This document shows positions 59,245-64,000 of a stretch of 64,000 nt of DNA, piece by piece (the stretch's first letter is position 1; every line of letters starts with the position of its first letter). The position numbers were made by a program, and so were the translations under genes. Source of the DNA: a virus; IMG/VR virus record IMGVR_UViG_3300013126_000012, positions 95,587-159,586 of that record; one strand, given 5' to 3'. The notes beneath the pieces were generated by a model. That model searched no databases. It saw nothing but the letters and a program-made list of their open reading frames with translations, and was not told the DNA's origin.

Positions 59245-59625
59245 TTATCCTTTAATTAATTTTTTATCTTCTTTGTTTAAACAAAATTTTGGATCTGACA
59301 ACAATTTATCAAATCGACGATCAACGTATGAATTTAATTCATCAATTCGTCGATGCATCGACTCTTCGCGATGACTAATCTCGTAACGAGTTTGATTGAA
59401 TTGTTCTTGTGTATTGCGCGTTCTTTCATCAATCGTTTTATGTAAGTTTTCATCGATATGCCCATTGCTTCGATATAAATTACTAATCGACTCGTTCATA
59501 TAACGATCTAACATTTCTAAGCTTTTTTTTAATTTCAGTACCTTCACAGTACTATATACAGCAATAGCAGCAAGTGCCACCAATACCATTGTTAGTACTC
59601 CAAAAGCAAACATTAATGTTTCCAT
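59245..59625 (-). CDS. Membrane-anchored coiled-coil protein
   Basis: Start METLMFAFG; TM helix then SYVDRRFDKL. Confidence 0.7.
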   Translation of the reverse strand: METLMFAFGVLTMVLVALAAIAVYSTVKVLKLKKSLEMLDRYMNESISNLYRSNGHIDENLHKTIDERTRNTQEQFNQTRYEISHREESMHRRIDELNSYVDRRFDKLLSDPKFCLNKEDKKLIKG

Positions 59626-59761
59626 AATTTTCCTCCGTATGTCAAAGAACTCCCGTATCGGGTTGGTTATCGTACTTGCGAATATGCATCGCAAGAAGTT
59701 TTTGTTGAGCGACAAGCTGTAAGCGTGCAACACAATGCAATAAGTATCATAGCAACTAGTT

Positions 59762-59974
59762 TCATATTGGTGTTCCTGTTATGTTTTTATAATCAACGTA
59801 TTGTTGAACTGCTTCATAGTAATCTTCTCTAGGAAATGCAATTCGAACATTATCAATATAAGCAAATACTTCCCGCGGAAAAGCAACAACATTAGAAAGT
59901 TTATCGAAATCAATTTTTTGAAGTTTGTAGTAACTTCCCGATTCTGCCAATCTCGTAAGTATTTCTATTTTCAT
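59762..59974 (-). CDS. Hypothetical protein
   Basis: 70 aa ORF. Confidence 0.55.
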   Translation of the reverse strand: MKIEILTRLAESGSYYKLQKIDFDKLSNVVAFPREVFAYIDNVRIAFPREDYYEAVQQYVDYKNITGTPI

Positions 59975-60047
59975 AACTGGTACTACATGATCATGTTTTT
60001 ATAACTTATATGATATAAATATATGTAAAATAAATTCTATATCCAAA

Positions 60048-62003
60048 TCATTTGATTGTTTTGATTACTTCACCATTTTCAAATACTTCTATAACGATGC
60101 CGGTAGCATTTTCATCGATGGTTTGTCCTAGCAGATTAGTTCGTCGAGCCACAACGCGTATGCTGGTTTTATTGTTGATTACGATTGGATCAAAAGTTTC
60201 GTAAGCACCATCGGTATCATATTGAGTTAGTCTATAGTAGTTGTATACGGGTTTAACGGCATTGTCTGTAACATCGTAATGAAGCTCTTGAGTCGAATTA
60301 CCGGCTGCAGCAACCGTTCCCAGTTGAGACCATGTAATTCCATTTTCACTTTTTTCTACTACAAAATGTGTCGTGTTGTGTTCCGTAGCAGTTGCCCAAT
60401 AAATAAAGTTGCTTTTGTCTACTGGCTTACCACTGAAGTAAAGCAACTCAATTGGTAAAGCTCCCATTGTTATTATCAGGTACTGCTGGGTTTGAGTATT
60501 GCATCCAGACGCATTGGATACTGTTACACGAACTGCTCCATTTGTTGTTGTTTGTGGCCATGTAAACGTTGTTGTAGGTGAGTTTGAGTTTGGTATGTTA
60601 ACCCATAATGGTGCAGAAACAGTTTGAGTATAAGCCCATACATAACTTGCTCCTATAATCGGAGTGATTGAGTATGTTTCAGCAGTACCAGCAATGATAT
60701 TGTTATTGCCTGATATATTGCTTACTAGAGGTAAACTAGGATTAACGTTTATTGTTGTTGATGTTGATGCATTGCAACCGTTTGATGATACTGTAAGTGC
60801 ATAAGACTGTGTGCTAGTTGGGGATGCCCATGGACTAGGTGCAGAGGTATTAGTTAAATTAACATTTGGTGTCCAAGTGTAGGTTATAGGCGCACCTACT
60901 GGTAATCCCGTTACTGTGCTAACGAGTTGCGTTGAGTTACCTGCACAAATAGGGTTAGAGCTAGGTGTGATACTAACTGATGGTATTGGATTGACTGTTA
61001 TAGTAACTGAAGCACAACCTGCACTGAACTGACTATTGTTATAGTTTCTTACAAAATATGTAGTTGTAACATTGGGTGCAACGGCAATGGAGTTACCAGT
61101 ACCTATAAAAGTTGTACCACATCCTCCCGTATACCAATACGCTGTACCTACTACACCATTTGCATTTAACGTAGTCGATCCACCACTACACAGTGCCATG
61201 ACACTAGCTGATATTGAGGTTGGGTTTGTTGGTGCAGGGGGTGGAGTGCAGCTTCCTGAATAAGTTACATTAATCGTAAAACCATTACCCACAACAGAAC
61301 CATCTGATAGGAATTGAACGGTTAACGGAACTCCTGCAGGTGATGATATATTTGGTATGTTAGAGTTCATCCAATAGGTTCCAATAAGAATTCCACCTGT
61401 TCCGACTCCTTGAAAAATTCTAACTCTATCACAACAAGACTCACCAGACGAAGAACCTGATAGCGAAATAACAGCAGCTCCGCCATTATTCAATACTGTA
61501 TATCCATTTGCGTAGTTTGAGTAACTTCCAAATTGACCTCCATGATCATATAATGTTGTGTTTGTTCCGCAGTTAACGGTATTGAATCCGCTATAAGGAA
61601 CAAGCGTTCCTCCACCTCCTCCACCTCCGCCTCCGCCACATTGCGCAGTTCCAATTGAACCACTTGAAGTTGATGTACCTGTTAGAAGAGTTTGTAGTGG
61701 TATGACTGTGGCTCCTGTGCTGCTTGTTACACGTATTCGACACTCACTAGACCAACTACCAGTTGTAGAACGCCATACTCGAATTGTTTGTCCAGCTGTC
61801 GCACTAAAGGTAACAGTTGCTGGTCCGTATCCGCTACTCAGCGTTACATTAGATACTACAATAACTCCGTTTACTGACACAGATGCGCGGTTACCCGTCC
61901 AACCATCTCCATATGTGTCAGTCATATGTAATGTATGTATACAAGATTGAGAAAATGAGATTGCTGATAACAACAATATAAATGCAAGTAATAGTTTCTT
62001 CAT
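60048..62003 (-). CDS. Secreted multi-domain surface protein (CUB-like + Ig-like repeats, Bacteroidota type)
   Basis: Signal peptide MKKLLLAFILLLSAISFS-Q, DTYGDGW, poly-G linker, QFLSDGSV..GF, LPIELLYF...WATATEHN. Confidence 0.8.
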   Translation of the reverse strand: MKKLLLAFILLLSAISFSQSCIHTLHMTDTYGDGWTGNRASVSVNGVIVVSNVTLSSGYGPATVTFSATAGQTIRVWRSTTGSWSSECRIRVTSSTGATVIPLQTLLTGTSTSSGSIGTAQCGGGGGGGGGGTLVPYSGFNTVNCGTNTTLYDHGGQFGSYSNYANGYTVLNNGGAAVISLSGSSSGESCCDRVRIFQGVGTGGILIGTYWMNSNIPNISSPAGVPLTVQFLSDGSVVGNGFTINVTYSGSCTPPPAPTNPTSISASVMALCSGGSTTLNANGVVGTAYWYTGGCGTTFIGTGNSIAVAPNVTTTYFVRNYNNSQFSAGCASVTITVNPIPSVSITPSSNPICAGNSTQLVSTVTGLPVGAPITYTWTPNVNLTNTSAPSPWASPTSTQSYALTVSSNGCNASTSTTINVNPSLPLVSNISGNNNIIAGTAETYSITPIIGASYVWAYTQTVSAPLWVNIPNSNSPTTTFTWPQTTTNGAVRVTVSNASGCNTQTQQYLIITMGALPIELLYFSGKPVDKSNFIYWATATEHNTTHFVVEKSENGITWSQLGTVAAAGNSTQELHYDVTDNAVKPVYNYYRLTQYDTDGAYETFDPIVINNKTSIRVVARRTNLLGQTIDENATGIVIEVFENGEVIKTIK

Positions 62004-62085
62004 ACGGTATCCTTTACGATACTCACTTGAAGAATCTTTTCAGAAACCCCCATCTACCATGGGCCGGCCGAGTCAATTATAAATA

Positions 62086-64000
62086 TCAACGAATCATCGT
62101 TATATGACCAGTAACAGTATATTTTGCATCTGTATTTTTATCACCAAACCAAATCTTATATGTATATACGCCATCTGCACATAATGCATTGTTATATGTA
62201 CCATCCCAAGCTGCTTCTGCCCAATAAGATTCCCATACCATTTCTCCCCAACGATTGAATACCGTTAAATGAAATTCTGCAGGATCGAAGCCTGAGGTAA
62301 ACACCGGCCGCCATGTTTGATTGTGTTGGTTACCATCTGGCGTAAATGTATTTGGTACATAATACAACATCTGCGGACAACGAGATACCGTTACCGTTGT
62401 GGTTGTAGGTTCTGAAACACATCCATCGACTGTATGCGTTGCTTGTATCACATACATTCCGGCATTGTTCCATGATACTGTTAGTGTCGGAGATTGTGTC
62501 GCGTTGCCTAACAACGTCCATTCTGTTATGCCTGGTGCAGTTACTGTAGCTACATATATTGATGATACAGAGTCACCTTCACAAATTTGTATGAATTCAT
62601 CATTTGGAGTAATTGCTAATACTTCAGGCTGTGGATATACTGTTACGGTTGTGTAAGATGTAAATGCACAATTGCTCTGTGTATATGTATATGATATGCT
62701 ATTTGTTCCAATTGCATTGGTTGGGTCTAACGTATTACCAGTAACACCCAAACCAGCAAACACGCCACCTGCAGGAGTTGCTGTGAGTGTTGCATTTGCA
62801 TCATATACGCAAAATGGACCAACCACATCAATTGTTGGAACGATATTTAATATGAACACATTAACCGTAACGGGTGCACTTAGGCAACCAAACTGATTTG
62901 CTGCTACTACTTGAACGGCTCCGCCTACTAATCCTGCGTTTAATGCACTCCAATCTACCGTGATGGCACTTGTTCCTTGCCCCGATGTAATCGTCCCTGG
63001 CGTTGTCCACGCGTATGTATAACCCGGTTGCGTTGGCACCGAATATGTTGCAGCAGTCTCTCCTAAGCATACGGTATCAAGTGATGCAATAGGACCAGTA
63101 ATTACTGGAGGCGGATCAATCAACGTGATGGTGTTAGATGATGTACATCCATTGGCATCAGTCACCACTACAGCATATGTACCTTGACACAACGTTGTAG
63201 CTGTTTGAGTAATTTGTCCATTGCTCCAAGCATAAGTATACGGAGCTACGCCATCAACCGGATTAGCAGTTGCAGTACCATTACAATCTCCAACACATAC
63301 GGGATTGGTTGAAGTTATCAGCGGATCTTGTAGTGGGGCTGGATCGATCAATGTAGCAGATGTAGTTATGTTGCAACCATTGATATCGGAAACGGTTACT
63401 GTATATGTTCCTGCACAAAGACCTGTTAATGAATTTGTTGTTTGACCCGTTGTCCATGTATACGTATAAGGTGCAGTACCATTAGTTGGAGTAACAACTA
63501 AAGTACCATCGCACGCAGCATTACATAATGGATCTGTTATAACAAAGTTAGGTTGATTGAGTACTGGAGGACCTGGTACTACTTGCACCGTATCTGGACC
63601 TAAGCCTACTCCTGCATTACATGTTGACCATCCTGCATTGCAAGCCGGATACTCTAGATGACAAGTATAATAAGCTCCACCGGCTGGAGGTGTAACTGTT
63701 ATTTGATTTACACCAGTTGCAATTGGGATTGGATTTCCTACTTGATACCATACTAAAGTTGGTAGCACAGCAGCACCGTTAGGAGTGTATCTTCTAGCAT
63801 CTTGCTGAGCAGTCCATTGAGTTGAATTCCTTCCAGGAACTGTTACTGCTTGTGTTCCTGTTGCATTGTGAATCCCTTGCACTGCAGTGCCTCCCGCCCA
63901 TTGCAGGCAGTTTGGTTTAACGGCAATGTGGTTTTCAATGTAATTAGTTGATTCATAAATTACTATATGGAAAGTACCTTGTGTACTAGTACACAAAAAC
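62086..64000 (-). CDS. SprB-repeat adhesin-like protein with gliding-motility (CHU_C, T9SS type B) C-terminal domain; 5' end outside window
   Basis: GTAPYTYTW...L.AGTYTVTVSD.NGC repeats; YVPNTFTPDG..N, VFNRWGE, WDGTY, GVYTYKI. Confidence 0.88.
   Translation of the reverse strand, partial: FLCTSTQGTFHIVIYESTNYIENHIAVKPNCLQWAGGTAVQGIHNATGTQAVTVPGRNSTQWTAQQDARRYTPNGAAVLPTLVWYQVGNPIPIATGVNQITVTPPAGGAYYTCHLEYPACNAGWSTCNAGVGLGPDTVQVVPGPPVLNQPNFVITDPLCNAACDGTLVVTPTNGTAPYTYTWTTGQTTNSLTGLCAGTYTVTVSDINGCNITTSATLIDPAPLQDPLITSTNPVCVGDCNGTATANPVDGVAPYTYAWSNGQITQTATTLCQGTYAVVVTDANGCTSSNTITLIDPPPVITGPIASLDTVCLGETAATYSVPTQPGYTYAWTTPGTITSGQGTSAITVDWSALNAGLVGGAVQVVAANQFGCLSAPVTVNVFILNIVPTIDVVGPFCVYDANATLTATPAGGVFAGLGVTGNTLDPTNAIGTNSISYTYTQSNCAFTSYTTVTVYPQPEVLAITPNDEFIQICEGDSVSSIYVATVTAPGITEWTLLGNATQSPTLTVSWNNAGMYVIQATHTVDGCVSEPTTTTVTVSRCPQMLYYVPNTFTPDGNQHNQTWRPVFTSGFDPAEFHLTVFNRWGEMVWESYWAEAAWDGTYNNALCADGVYTYKIWFGDKNTDAKYTVTGHITMIR

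Noticed and set aside
6301-62896. Numerous short plus-strand ORFs opposite real genes (e.g. 6880, 17489, 36554, 47384, 49093)
   Set aside because: Antisense shadows with no promoter motif or protein-like features
1-64000. Genome-wide stop-codon reassignment
   Set aside because: Standard code gives intact long genes and tight packing; TAG and TGA act as normal stops apart from one suspicious case

Overview
This window is an AT-rich, densely coding segment of a large (jumbo-type) tailed myophage genome, read almost entirely on the minus strand. The host is probably Bacteroidota, based on a T9SS/CHU_C-type C-terminal domain, DUF4494-like and histone-H1-like genes, and TTG-N~20-TAnnTTT promoters. 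0-28 kb holds a nucleotidyltransferase/ligase-like fusion, fused SbcD-SbcC, primase, endonuclease I, a baseplate/tail module (gp6-, gp25-, gp5-like, LamG proteins) and a late sigma factor. 28-45 kb holds an HD hydrolase, UV endonuclease, three tandem convergent two-gene cassettes and many late genes sharing an N-terminal (K/R)LxxIL.E leader. 45.2-52.5 kb is a putative early/host-takeover module: small genes behind about 13 copies of a repeated promoter with a conserved AAGAGAG leader, including a sigma70 and a P-loop ATPase. It is bounded by a G-tract array (45.0 kb) and by a structured RNA plus a 12-copy CTAAAAAT array (52.5-53.2 kb). 53.7-64 kb holds accessory genes and two large secreted adhesin-like proteins. 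The best novel-system candidates are (1) a structured RNA antisense to the shared leader of the early mRNAs and (2) repeated cassettes pairing a constant-leader, variable-body late protein with a convergent signal-peptide protein. All assignments come from reading motifs by eye; no searches or folding programs were run. No tRNA, rRNA, CRISPR array or transposase was recognised.
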